A DNA stretch of 64,000 nucleotides from Octopus sinensis (GCF_006345805.1 NC_042998.1:182900001-182964000), one strand, 5' to 3'; shown: positions 38,871 to 52,501, counted from the first letter of the stretch. Notes: generated by a model not told the origin, from the sequence alone. Translations and numbers: made by a program.

Positions 38871-39750
38871 AATAATGATAACAAGCTTATTGTGTACAGT
38901 GTTTATGTGCACTACAATTCATCAAAAAGGAGTAAAAGATGGGTCAGAAAGTTGCAATGAATCAGTTTACAAAAAGCAGCAGTGAAATCCAAAAATGCCC
39001 AAATTGGAAACAATATGACACAAAAAGACAAACATGGACAATAAAAAGTAAAAGAGTCATAAAGAGGAAAGTGTGCATTGGCACATCAGAAGTAGTGTTG
39101 GCAAATATCAGGAAGCATGGAATTCTTCAAGCCTAACTAACTGGTAGGTTACCTAGGAGTTAACCAAGAACAGGATAATATCCATAGTCTCAGTTGGCCA
39201 AACTTGGGAATCCAGCTGGGAAATCTAATGATGGTCACTTCCTATAGGTCACTATGGAGGAAATGCTTGAGGACTCTTCTCCCATAACCTTCTCAGGAAT
39301 AGTGAAGATGGATGCATGTATGCAGTATCCTTTAATCACATCTACCTCACCAGTCTTGGAGGAACTTGAAAGATCATAAACACAACCTTAATTCCTCTAA
39401 ATAAAAAATAAAAATAAAAATATTAGAAGGTTCAAAATCTCCTACCCATTCACTTCAGTCAAAGCAATCATATCTAAACCCTTAGTTCCGTTCCTTTGTG
39501 TGTTTCTTTTATTTTATTTTTTGTAGTTTTTTTTTTAACAATGTGTGAATTAGAAAATTACAGCAATATCTATTTATATATTTTCATACATCTAAAATAT
39601 TTCCCATTGTTATCTGTCTCTTAATATGATAGGAATCAACTTGTTTTAAGTAATAGTACTAAATTTAAAACCTACCAGCAATAGTTTAAACTATAGCCAT
39701 TATATCTTTCTTAAGTCTCTGTATACATTTATAGAGAGAGATAGATAGGA

Positions 39751-39784
<34 letters not shown>

Positions 39785-39832
39785 ATTGGTGAATTGAAGA
39801 AATGGAGCTGAACGCAGATTGAACAGAAATCG

Positions 39833-39929
39833 TTTTATTTCATTCTACACGTGTTTCGAAAGGCACAAATTACCAAAATCCGATTGAATAATGGGACCAT
39901 ATTGTGTCTTTCTCTTCAGGAAGAAAAAA
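39833..39929 (-). ncRNA. Type I hammerhead ribozyme (mirror copy)
   Basis: Exact reverse complement of 40061-40157. Confidence 0.85.
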
Positions 39930-40060
39930 GGAAATCCGTTAGAGAAACAAAAACAGAACAGAGGCGGAGCAGAACAGTTTCGCCATGGGCTCTTAGGAGC
40001 ATAGTTCGATTTGGTTTTTGCTCCGCCTCTGTTCTGTTTTTGTTTCTCTAACGGATTTCC

Positions 40061-40157
40061 TTTTTTCTTCCTGAAGAGAAAGACACAATATGGTCCCATT
40101 ATTCAATCGGATTTTGGTAATTTGTGCCTTTCGAAACACGTGTAGAATGAAATAAAA
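40061..40157 (+). ncRNA. Type I hammerhead ribozyme with long stem II
   Basis: Stem I ttc/gaa with extension ttttttc/gaaataaaa; CTGAAGA 40071-40077; stem II gaaagacacaa/ttgtgcctttc; GAAAC 40133-40137; palindromic loop acgt; GTA cleavage triplet 40142-40144. Confidence 0.88.
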
Positions 40158-40363
40158 CGATTTCTGTTCAATCTGCGTTCAGCTCCATTTCTTCAATTCA
40201 CCAATAATGTTTTAATTTCAATTATCCGCACCAACGCACGGTTGCAACGCCAGATGGTTGTACCTCCAACCGTGCTGTTTACTGCTGTGATTTTTGCTAC
40301 TAAGGTATCGGTTAACTTTTGATTAATCTACAACAAGATTATTCATCTTTCTATTTCATATAT

Positions 40364-40395
<32 letters not shown>

Positions 40396-40514
40396 CATAT
40401 ATGTATGTATATATATATATGTATGTATATGTGTGTATGTATGAGAGAGGAAAAGAGAGCATGTGCATGGGTATACGTGAATGTTATATTTTTGCCTCTA
40501 ATAGACATATTACT

Positions 40515-40729
40515 CTTATACTCTTTTACTCTTTTACTTGTTTCAGTCATTTGACTGCGGCCATGCTGCAGCACCGCCTTTAGTCGAGCAAATCGACCCC
40601 GGGACTTATTCTTTGTAAGCCCAGTACTTATTCTATCGATCTCTTTTTGCCGAACCGCTAAGTGACGGGCACGTAAACACACCAGCATCGGTTGTCAAGC
40701 AATGCTAGGGGACAAACACAGACACACAA

Positions 40730-40764
<35 letters not shown>

Positions 40765-40928
40765 CGACAGGCTTCTTTCAGTTTCCGTCTACCAAATCCA
40801 CTCACAAGGCATTGGTCGGCCCGGGGCTATAGCAGAAGACACTTGCCCAAGATGCCACGCAGTGGGACTGAACCCAGAACCATGTGGTTGGTTAGCAGGC
40901 TACTTGCCACACAGCCACTCCTGCGCCT
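40515..40928 (-). mobile_element. tRNA-SINE family B, full length, CpG-rich (young)
   Basis: Reverse complement of the family B unit from ggcgcaggagtggctgtgtgg to the (aaaagagt)n tail. Confidence 0.9.
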
Positions 40929-41644
40929 TATAATTCATGAAATTTTATATTTCTCATTCAATTTAAATAAGTTCTTGATTCTTTCATTTATCATTTTTTT
41001 TTTTATCTACTTATCTATTTTTATTATAATCTAATGTTTGTCTATGTGCATGTGTGAATGTGAATGAGTCTGTGCATGTTTTTCTGCTTGCAACTAAGCA
41101 ACTGTATTAGTTTCTATTATAAGAAATTACACATTGTTAGAGGTTAATAAAAATATTTATTTTGAATGTTATTCAAATGTTATTTCTCTGAATATTTTAA
41201 TGTATTTTCTAACTATTAAATGTAAAACTGTCAAGCCACAGTTTCATCTGAAAATGTATTCTGTATGTGTCGAGGAGGTGGAGGAGGAGGACAAAGAGTT
41301 TTATACCAGTGTACATCCCCATCTTATATGTGTGTGTGTTTACATACATGTTTGAATGTATATATCCATTAATGGAACTTTATAATATGTGGAATATTCT
41401 AGAAGTTTAGCCTGTAGTATGTGCACATAGGCTCTTGTACATTCTCTTATTTGCCATAGTTTCTATAGTTGAATGCCCCCCCCCTATCAGTAAACACCTT
41501 ACAGATTCATTTTATCATGCCATCAGCATTATATATATATATAAATGAACCTAACACTCTAACCAGAAGACTTATATATTTGCTATATATATTTATATAT
41601 TTATATATATATATATAAAATATTAGAAAAAAAACACCTTTTAT

Positions 41645-41687
<43 letters not shown>

Positions 41688-43158
41688 ATATTTCGGAATG
41701 GTCATTTTGCCAGTTTAGCCAATAAACGTATTTATATATATATATATAAATCATCATCATTATCATCATCATCATAATGTCTACTTTTCCATACTTGCAT
41801 GGGTCTGATGAGAATAGATTAGCACAGAGTTTTCTATGGCTGGATGTCCTTCCTGTCACCAACCTTCACCTATTTCCAAGTTAGGTAATAATCTACAAGT
41901 CTATCGAACAAAATTACAGCCTAGAGACAAATGACACTGATGTCATTGTTTCTTTTCTTTTCTTTTTTGTTTTTTGTTTATCTCTCAAGTAACTTATCTC
42001 TTGTGAAACCCATCCCTCCCTCATCCATCTAACGACAGCACTCTCAGCTGTTGTCATTATATGAGAGCAGAACTGCACGTATTCCATCCCCCTTTTTTGT
42101 AATCTCACTTCTTAGAACCACTTCCCTTGCCACCCATTCCATATTCTCACCTTCATCCCTTATCACTATATCTCCACTGAATAGACTTGTAGATTATTAC
42201 CTAACTTCAAATAGATGATGATGATGATGATTTATATATTAAATGATGATGATGATGATGATTTATATATTTATGTATGTATAAAACCAGATATGACACT
42301 TCCTGATCTCTAGTAGCAGAAAGCCATCACCATACTCTTTCTATCTGCACTTTTGACAAGTGCCAGGATCAAATTTTTTACCAAATTCTTGTGTGCAAAA
42401 CCAAGTGATGAAATTGACTGAAATGGATATATGATACTATATTGTATAAATATTAATCTACCCACACACTATTGACAAACATTCAAGTACCTTTTCTTTT
42501 TTTTTTTCTTATTTATGGATTCTTAGACGACCACCCTTTTCTCTCTTTCCCTATCTCCCTCTATTTCTCTTATTCCTTTCTTTGTATATTAGATATGGGT
42601 TTTGCTTTGCAAAGAACTCACATTGAGAAGAAATAGTACGTGAAACACTGGAAATATTGACAATTTAAATGTAAACACTTGTTCAGAATGCTGTATTAAA
42701 AGCATAAAAAATAGGTTGTAAATAACTCCTCCACATTACATCTTGAAAATATATTTTACTTGAGTATTTATTGGAGATAGGACGTTTCATTTCAGAAACA
42801 CTTCAAAAGCAGAATGTAGCCTACTTATCTGAAATGCTTTATAATATAATAATCAAGCAGCTTTCTTTTCCTTTGTCACAGATGCCACTGTTAGCCTACC
42901 AAATACTTACAAGATATTGATTCTTGATTTGTATTTTCCAGCTGTTTCCATGCAATTGCAATAAGGAAACGTATTCCTGTTTTTGTTAAAAGAAAAGGTA
43001 TCCCCTAAAATGTAATATTGTAGATGTTAAACCCCATCCATAACCCTAATCCTTAGTTTAACCCTTACCCTAACCTTTACCCTTACTCTAACCCTAACTA
43101 ACATTTACAGTCTACACTGCAAAAATTGCTTCTATTTTCACTTATCTTGAATTAAAAA

Positions 43159-43535
43159 TCATCATCATCATCATTGTTGTTTAACATCCGTTTTCCATGC
43201 TAGCATGGGTTGGACAATTTGACTGAGGACTGTTGAACCAGATGGCTGCACCCGGCTCCGATTTTGATTTGGCAGAGTTTCTACAGCTGGATGCCCTTCC
43301 TAATGCCAACCACCCTGAGAATGTAGTGGGTGTTTTTATGTGCCATCAGCATGAGGGCCAGTCAGGCAGTACTGGCAACGGTCATGGAAAATCGTTTTTT
43401 TCTTTTTTACTTGTCACCTGTACACCGGCACAAGTGCCAGTAAGGCGACGCTGGTAACGATCACGCTTGAATGGTGCTTTGTACATGCCACCGGCACGAA
43501 CACCAGTTAGCTGCTCTGGCAACGATCACACTCAA
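43159..43535 (-). mobile_element. RTE-clade LINE 3' UTR fragment (family C)
   Basis: Family C terminus plus three array units. Confidence 0.8.
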
Positions 43536-43584
<49 letters not shown>

Positions 43585-44990
43585 CTAAACAGTTTATAGT
43601 TTAGCAAAATATTAAATGTCATCTAACTGGATGATCAGTATTATGAAATTTACAATTAAACTAAGCAGTTTTATTTTTTACAGATTTTTTTTATTCACCT
43701 TGGAATAGTGTGATAAAAGAAGTCATACATTGCTATGGAATGAAATTTCTATAATTGGTAGAGAAACACTATGGAAACTTAAACAAATCAAAGAAACGGT
43801 ATCTGTAACATTCAGCTGATATCAGTTCAGTATAGCTGTCTTTAGTGAAAAATAAATTTAAATAAATGAAAAATGCAACATTAATCGTACATATGTCAGT
43901 GGCCTAGATTCTTAGTTTTAATCAAGCATGGTATTATGGTACTCGGTATGCATCTAGGAATAACAAACCTAATGATGTTCAAAGATCAAACCAACTGAAA
44001 CCCTATATAGGTGTTGTCATCATCATCATCGTTTTTTTTTGTCAGTTTTTTCTTTGCTAGCATGGGTTAAAGGAAACTTAAGGTAGTATCCTATGACCAG
44101 ATGCCCTTCCTGTTATAAATCCTTACGAGTTCTTCAAATAAGCTATTTTATCCCATTGGTCTTCGTATGCCAAAACTGCTAATCTACAGGATATTATTTA
44201 CATGAGATGTAAACGATAACATCATTACCTACACAGTGTGAACACAACGACACATTCAAATAAACATTCACACACAGACACACACACACACACACATACA
44301 CACACACATATCTATACAGACACACATATATCATCAGCAGCATCATTTAACAACCACTCTCCTTGTTGCCATGGTTTGAGAGAATGCAGTAAATCAGAGG
44401 ACCAAGTATCTTTCGGCATGGTTTCTATGGTTGGTTATCCATCCTATGCCAACCTCTTCTACAGAGTGTACTGGGTGTTTTCTCATAGCTAAAGTGCTTA
44501 AAGAGGTCCCTATAAATGAAAGAGACAGGAGAGTGTGTGTGATAGTTTTTAGATAAGATGATGAGAGATGGTCAAGTAAGATGAGAGGAATAGATTTATA
44601 GTTGTGAGGAGTTGGTATTGGTGAGTAACAAAATGGTCATTATTGGGGGATGGAGTACAAAAGAGATTAATATGGGTGATTTGTGAGATAAGGGCAATGA
44701 GGTGGGTTGTATCGGAGGGTGTCCAGGGCAATCTCACATTATAAAAGTGAGTATGGATGGAAAGTTTAAGGGGAAGAGAATATGAAAGAGAGAGAATAAC
44801 TGTGTCTCTCATACATAGGCTTAGTAAAGGTTGGAGGAGGTAGAATGATGGTGGAGCAGTATGCAGGATAGTCAGTCAAAGTTTGGGGGCTTGATATCCT
44901 GACAAATGGGTTTGTCAGGATATAAGCACTCATTTGCACACACACAAATCCCAGCCTCTATCATTGTCATCATTTCAATACACATTTCAC

Positions 44991-45268
44991 CAGCATCGCC
45001 TTACTGGCACCTGTGCTGGTGGCATGTGTAAAAAGATTCAAGCAAGGTCGTTGCCAGTACTATCTGACTGGCCCCCGTGCCGGTGGCACATAAAAGCACC
45101 CACTACACTCTCAGAGTGGTTGGCGTTAGGAAGGACATCCAGCTGTAGAAACTCTGCCAGATCAAGATTGGAGCCTGGTGCAGCCATCTGGTTCGCCAGC
45201 CCTCAGTCAAACCGTCCAACCCATGCTAGCATGGAAAGCAGACGTTAAACAATGATGATGATGATGAT
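44991..45268 (+). mobile_element. RTE-clade LINE 3' UTR fragment (family C)
   Basis: Two array units, terminus and (gat)n tail. Confidence 0.8.
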
Positions 45269-45734
45269 ATAGATATTTTAAGTTATTTATATTGTTCTTG
45301 AGAGTTATAGGTGTGTTTGTTTTCATTGGTGAATTAGTATATAGTTGCTTGTACTATTTATGCTGTGTTTGACCTTGAAGTGTGTTGTTACATCATTCTC
45401 ATGGTTTCCATTGATTAAATGCAGTCAGTCTTATTGACATTTGTCTCCAATATATCACTTGTCAACTGAACATAACTTGTCAACTGAACATAAAAGTATC
45501 TTCAAAATCCATCATAAGATGGATTTTCCATATTGTATTTAAGTTAAATCTTTATTGGACTTAAACTAGACTTGCTGTTCACTAAACTGTTTTCTGAAAT
45601 TAGCTATTTTTGATCAACACTGTTGTTAACCTTAATGATGAAATCTATTTGATTCTCATTAACAATGTCTATTCTATATGAAGAGCAACATTGTTTGTAA
45701 ACAAATGGTTGCAATAAGTTTTTTGGTATGTAAT

Positions 45735-46094
45735 CGAAATCGAATTGAACCAGCCAGGATCCCTGGTCTGGTGGTACGTAAAAAGCACTATCCGACTCGT
45801 GGCCGATGCCAGCACCCCCTCGTTTGGCTTCCGTGCAGGTGGCACATAAAATACACCAATCCGACCGTGGCCGTTGCCAGCCTCGCCTGGCACCTGTGCA
45901 GGTGGCACGTAAAAAGCACCCACTACACTCACGGAGTGGTTGGCGTTAGGAAGGCATCCAGCTGTAGAAACACTGCCAGATAAGACTGGAGCCTGGTGCA
46001 GCCTTCTGGCTTTCCAGATCCCCGGTCGAACCGTCCAACCCATGCTAGCATGGAGAACGGACGTTAAACGATGATGATGATGATGATGATGATG
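45735..46094 (+). mobile_element. RTE-clade LINE 3' UTR fragment (family C, CpG-rich subfamily)
   Basis: Three array units, terminus ggacgttaaac(gat)n. Confidence 0.82.
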
Positions 46095-47351
46095 TAGTCA
46101 ATTGATCTGATCGAAATAGTAGCAGAATCTCCCCCAGATCACGCCTTACTTAAACAAAAGGATATACTAGATAAAGTAGTTTGAACAAAATATAGCCGGG
46201 TTACTTGCTTTATCAGGACTGACTTGAAGCTAAACAACCTCAGATATGTTTAAATAGTGAACAACAACAAAGAAGAAACAGAAGGTGGAGATGGAGGTAG
46301 CAGTGTTGGCATTGTTGTTTGGCCCAGTTGACTTGAGAAGTCATGGAATAGGGATAACCAACTGGAAGCTTAGGAAAATTGGTATAATACTCAGGATAAG
46401 CAAATACAAGATATCTAACTTGCCAGTTTGAGTTGAAAGTTACTATTTGATCAGTGTTCGAGCTATGGTCATTGTAATTTTATACGAGAGAAAACTACCT
46501 TAAGATCTACCATTTCAAATAGTGTGAGCCTAAATTTGTTGATGAATATTTATCTGTTATATTAAACAGGAGGCTCCTTCCAGCTCTCTTTTTTTTTGGA
46601 TGAGTTGCTTCCTGTGAATTCCTGGTGTGTGCTGAGATTTAGCTTTCTCTGATGCACACTACTAGATCTGGTGTGTTCCAAGGGTCAGTTTTATCGTTCA
46701 CACTTTTCCCTCTATACATCAATGATGTACTTGTCATCACTTCTAATGTCCTATTCAGATCATACTCCCCTTCTATTCCTTCCTAATTTTTTACACTCAA
46801 GCATCATCCACATGCAATATAGATACCTCATGCAAACCTGCACCAACTCCATGAACATAAATATCAAAAACATGCTCCAGTAGGGGCATGCCCATCTTAT
46901 CCTCTTTATTGGGAACAGACACGATGATTGTGCATATCAAGAAAACAATGTTGTAACCCCCACCTTTACATGAACTGCAGACAAAACCCTTAATATCACT
47001 ACAAATGCTAGACCTTACTATCATTGAGGATCTTCCCTGGTGAACACATATATTCAATATAATAAAGACTATATCACAAAGACTGACCTTTCTCTTCAGA
47101 CCTTCACTAACAACAACTAACTCACTACAAAGCTAAAGGGAGAACACACATCCCAGGGACAGCAGTAAACATTAGGTCTTGTTCTTCTTCCCTAGAATGT
47201 CAATCACCTAGAATTTTTCTTTGCCTTACTTTGCAATTATTTTGCAATTGTTCGATAGGAACAGTAACTGTATCAATCTCACTGGTCTCAGAAGTTCTGA
47301 AAAGGCCTTGGGCATAACCTCTTTCTCTATACAAACAAAAAAAAAGGAAAA

Positions 47352-47744
47352 TCTTTATATATAAAAGTAAGGTTGTGTGTCTGTCTCCTACGATTTAGAT
47401 TCCTAACTACTCCCACATTTTGCGGTGCAGTTTAACCAAAACCGGGTATCTTATAGTCGTGATTCATATCGAGCCCTTCTGGGTATTAGCGCACGTCTAC
47501 GATGAGTCTACGATTTAAAAAAAAATTTACCTTCAATTTTTCCCATTTTTAATGCATTTTTGGCATATATAAGGGAAGTAACTCTCTAAAAATTTATTAT
47601 TAAATCTCAGAACGTAAAAAGCTACAGCACCCCCCCCCCTTTGTGGTTAGCCATATTGAGATGGCTATTATACTTTACATCTCTAAAAATGCTTGTATAG
47701 TTATTTCCCTTACAAACCCGAGCAATGCCGGGCGATACTGCTAG
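47352..47744 (+). mobile_element. Non-autonomous Helitron
   Basis: A|TC 5' end (47351|47352), hairpin cccgagcaatgccggg at 47717-47732, CTAG|T 3' end, no TSD. Confidence 0.82.
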
Positions 47745-47827
47745 TAATTAATAAAAAAAACAAAGGCTTTCTGACTGAGTAAAAATCTCTTCAGAGGCAC
47801 AACAGTGAAAATGTTAGGAGTTTAGAT

Positions 47828-47946
47828 GGCGGTGGTGGTGATGGTGGTGGTGGTGGTGGTGGTGGTGGCGGTGGTGGTGATGGTGGTGGTGGTGGTGGTG
47901 GTGGTGGTGATGGTGGTGGTGGTGGTGGTGGTTGTAGTGGTGGTGA
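47828..47946. repeat. (GGT)n microsatellite
   Basis: Direct reading. Confidence 0.97.
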
Positions 47947-48259
47947 TGATAATGATGCAAACAATGAATGTTGTTGTTGTTCTTCTATGTTGAATAGAAT
48001 GATCTCACAAGATCTGAAGGAAAATTCTCTGTCTTTATTTATTATTCAAAGACTTTCAAGCTGCAGATATATGTGAGGAAGTAACTAAATCAGGAAACTG
48101 TACTCAGAGACAACAAGTTGCTATTAAGACAAAGACAGCATTGCTTGTTATCTTGTCAAACCAATATATGGGAGGGTAATATTTTCACTGTGGTAATTGT
48201 TTCCAAAATGAGGTTATTTATCTATTGAATACAATAGAAATTTGCAGATAAAATATATA

Positions 48260-48462
48260 CAGAATGGTTAGCATGCCAAGCAAAATGCTTAGTGGCATTT
48301 TCTCCATCTGTAGGTTATGAGTTCAAATACTCTCAAGGTTGACTTTGCCTTTCATCCTTTCAGGGTCGATAAATTAAGTACCAGTGAAACACTGGGGGTC
48401 GATGTAATCAACAATCCCCCTCCCACAAAATTTTGGGCCTTTTACCTATTGTAGAAAGGATT
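48260..48462 (+). mobile_element. SINE family D
   Basis: cagaatggttagcatgcc..gagttcaaatactc..gttgactttgcctttcatcctttcagggtcgataaattaagtacc..(att)n tail. Confidence 0.75.
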
Positions 48463-49199
48463 ATTATTATTATTATATTATTATTATTATCATTATTACT
48501 ACTACTACTACACACAAACACACACACACACACATGTATGTGTATGTATTTATATATGTATGCGTGTGTCTCTTCTATTTTTTTAATTATTGCTAATCTT
48601 CCATTGAGGAGGGAGCCAGTTTCCAACAAAGATACAAGGCTCCATCTTTGGGATGTAGCTAACACAAACAATTTCACATTTAGAACTTGAGAAAAGTCTT
48701 GTATATTTTTACTGTTCCACTCACAGATTGCACTTGTAATGTACAAATCAGTTGGTTGATTTCTCTTTCTGAAAATCCCAGTTTATCCAGATTCTCCTGT
48801 AAGCATATGTATGTATATATGTATGTATGCATGCATGTATGTATGTTATAGCAAAGTTTTATCTCACCTGAGTGTGTACTTTTTTTTTACACATAGCATC
48901 TCACAATTTGTTGCAGCCCTTCACCATTTCTTCTTGTGTCTTCCTCAGTCTTCTTTTTTCTCAAATTCCTTTCATTTGCTTCTTTTGTCCCTTTTTCACC
49001 AAACTCTCATTCTCCTTACCCATGACATATCTGTACCAACAGTTTTCTGTTTTGCTACTTGGTAACATTGCATTCCACACTCTGTCCTTCATTCATGTAG
49101 AGAATTAATTCTTTCATTGCTACCAGAGCTAATATCTTCTTCTATCCTAGGCTTACTTTGGCTACTATGGTTTCAGAATACCTGCATCCATTGCCCTAA

Positions 49200-49388
49200 A
49201 TGCCAGTATCATGTAAAAGCACCCACTACACTCTTGGAGTGGTTGGCATTAGGAAGGGCATCCAGCTGTAGAAACTCTGCCAGATCAAGATTGGAGCCTG
49301 GTGCAGCCATCTGGTTCGCCAGTCCTCAGTCAAATCGTCCAACCTATGCTAGCATGGAAAGCAGACGTTAAACGATGTTGATGATGAT
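49200..49388 (+). mobile_element. RTE-clade LINE 3' end (family C)
   Basis: aaaagcacccactacactc...gcatggaaagcagacgttaaacgatg. Confidence 0.8.
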
Positions 49389-50778
49389 TGCTAATTAGGT
49401 CATAAGGTAATAAAATGCTATCAACACTTCTAGGGAGTTTTCCAAGCTTTTGAAAAAGTTATTTCACAGATATCCTTATGATTATCTACTTTTGTGCACT
49501 TGCTTTCATGTAAGCTTCTTTTGTTTATAGTCCTAAAGTCATCTGTTATGATTTGGGGCGCTACAACAAACAGAAGAAAGCTCAGAAAAAACCCCAATGG
49601 ATATCTAGCTATATGCTAAATTCATCAATGAACTTAATGCTAATTGTTATCTTCCTGTGGACAGGGTTTGTACAACTCTCACTGTCCATTTATCTCCCTC
49701 CTAGTTAACAAAGTGACAGCCAAAATACAGAGTATGGACATTACTGTTTTGAGTCCAAGAACTCATAGGGCTGATTACCTGGTTTCCATGGTATATAAGT
49801 TACCATAACCACAGCATATCCTTTGAATGGGATGTCAGTTTGTTGCAGGGTTATTTATTTAGAGCTGAGTGAACTGGAGCAATGTGAAATGAAGTGTATT
49901 GCTCAAGAATACAACACACCAGCTGGTCTGGGAATCAAATCTTGCAATCAAGCGTGCAACACCCTAACCATTAAGCCATGTGCCTTCACAGAGTATTGTA
50001 ACCTTATAAAGGCCATTTTAGCTCAACGAATGCTAATTATAGTGGCTTTCTCTCCCTAATCAGTTTTGTTACAGCTCTGTATTTTTGTCATAACTTGATC
50101 TATCAATATATGAAACTTCAGGGTTCCTTGTTGGTTCTTTTTCTTCTTCAATCTTGTCCTTATATGTTATAAGTGAGTGAAAGGATTGGCAACACTAAGT
50201 GTATCTACTTATAAACTACTGCCTTAGAAAACCCATCCAACCCAAGCTAACAATGGAAAGCAGACATAAAATACTAGTGCTAGTTACTGCAGTAGTGGTG
50301 GTGTTGGGGGTAATAGCTGCAACAATGACAACAGCAACAGTGCTAGCAGTAATCGTAGCAGTGGTGGTATGACAGTGGCATGTGGAAAGGGTATTATGTT
50401 GCATAGTATTTAAACACTGAAGATTTGTAGAGGCTGAGGTAAAATGGTTTGTGTATGATTCTATGATTCAGCAGAGCACAAGTGGGCTGAGAGAAAGAGG
50501 AAGGATGGGTATGAAAGATATTAACCAATAGGTACTGAAGTGGTACCAGTGTGGACTCTGGACATTTAATGGAAATCAATGGTATCTACTGGTTGAAAAA
50601 TTACCATGTGCTCTGTCTGAAAGATACCCTTGGTATTTGTCTTAAGAAGAACTGGTGAAATTGAATCTAATAATATTGAGTTTGACAAATGAGATAATTC
50701 AGGATTAAGAGGAATGTTGATATGTATTACTGATGACTTATGTAACCAATAGCAACATAGAAAAACATCATCATCATC

Positions 50779-51174
50779 ATACTCTTTTACTTGTTTCAGT
50801 CATTTGACTGCAGCCATGAAGGAGCACCGCCTTTAGTCGAGCAAATCGACCCCAGGTCTTATTCTTTGTAAGCCTAGTACTTATTCTATCAGTTTCTTTT
50901 GCCGAACCGCTAAGTTACAGAGATGTAAACACACCAGCATCAGTTGTCAAGCTATGTTGGGGGGACAAACACTGACACACAAGCGTATACACACACATAC
51001 ATATACATATATGTACATATATATACGACAGGCTTCTTTCAGTTTCTGTCTACCAAATCCACTCACAAGGCTTTGGTTAGCCCGAGGCTATAGCAGAAGA
51101 CACTTGCCCAAGGTGCCACACAGTGGGACTGAACCCAGAACCATGTGGTTTGTAAGCAAGCTACTTACCACACA
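50779..51174 (-). mobile_element. tRNA-SINE family B
   Basis: Near full-length reverse-complement match to 38256-38660. Confidence 0.85.
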
Positions 51175-52071
51175 TCCAGGGTTGGACTAACAAATATCAA
51201 AACTGAGCAGCAATAATTATACAAATGTGGCTGTGTGGTAAGAAGTTTGCTTCACAATCACATGGTTCAAAATATAACAAGAGGGTGTCTTTGTGTCTGT
51301 GTTTGTCCCCCACCACCACTTGATAACCAGTGTCAGTGTGTTTACTTCCCTGTAACTTAGCAGTTTGGCAAAAAAGACCAATAAAATAAGTACTAGGCTT
51401 AAAAAAGAAAAAAAATGTATTGGGTTTGATTCATCCAACTAAAGATTCTTGAAGGTAGTGTTCCAGCATGACCACGGACTGAAATAAGTAATAGATAAAA
51501 GATGTATACAACAGTCCACTATTTTCTCAGTCATACTGTTTCCATGCTGATCAGAGATTGAGATTTTTGCAGTAATGCACAGATGTTTGGATAATGCCTG
51601 AACCAATCTTTCTATATTAAAAAAAAAAAAGTTTGATTTTTTTTGTTTGCCTTTTTCAAGTAGAAATGATTCATCTTTTTTTGTTTAGCTGCAAGAGTAA
51701 ACGTAATTGTCTCATACATTAATCATTCAGCTGGTTTATCATTTTTTCATCACATTATTATTGCTTTATCAAATGTGATAAAAGCAACTCAGCATGCTGG
51801 AGACCATCTGTCCAGTGACTTCAGGTTTCAGCAATTCAACTGTTTGTTATTGCGTCTCTTCAAAAAGTACAGAGCTGATTCCTATCATCACCATATTCTT
51901 TAATCTTTCATTATCTATCAGAATCAATTCTCAATCTATGAAAACATACTTCGATATATCTCATTACCAAAATGTTCAACCACTCCATCTGTTAACTATT
52001 GATCTATCACTCTTACTCGGAAGCAATGAAAACCATCATAAACCCCACCTTTATCACCTTGACTCTTTTAT

Positions 52072-52501
52072 GGGATCTTTTCGGTTTGAACGGCAGTTTT
52101 TTCTAGCGGTGTCATATGAAATTGTCACCCATAATTATGACCCTAGTATCGATCTATTGCATTTCAATCTGCTTTAGGGTTAGGGTTAGTTAGGGTTAGG
52201 GCTGGGGGGAAAGGGTATCTTTTTTTCTTCACAAATGTAAATAAACCCAATCTGTTTCTTAAACGAGGGACATATTCATACGGCACAGAATATCTTTTAC
52301 CTCAATAGACGTCACTGATTGGTTGAAATTGCAGAAATTGAAGAAAAAAAACAACAAATATCTTACAAACTATAGAATTTTATCAGTAAAGCCGAGAGAA
52401 AAAGATGTTTTATAAACACATTCTACCAATATACGAAGTTTAAAATTTTTTAGTTACCTAGAAATTATGTTAAAAACTGCCATTCAAACTGAAAAGATTC
52501 C
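52072..52501. mobile_element. MITE with ~30-bp TIRs, 6-bp TSD and internal telomere-like repeats
   Basis: TIR gggatcttttcggtttgaacggcagttttt / aaaaactgccattcaaactgaaaagattcc; ttttat at 52066-52071 and 52502-52507; (ttaggg)-like run at 52174-52201. Confidence 0.88.

Larger units (their letters stand above)
39776..40356. mobile_element. Young PLE terminal-repeat insertion with a tail-to-tail inverted duplication, in (TA)n
   Basis: Perfect 196-bp inverted repeat (39776-39971 / 40019-40214) with 47-bp spacer and ~140-bp unique extension; (TA)n on both sides; an HHR in each arm. Confidence 0.85.

Noticed and set aside
43040-43098. True telomere or chromosome-fusion relic
   Set aside because: Short, degenerate and apparently inside a transposon-derived segment
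44560-44930. Possible highly decayed PLE RT on the minus strand (also 46690-47160 on the plus strand)
   Set aside because: Only vague motif echoes; needs a profile search
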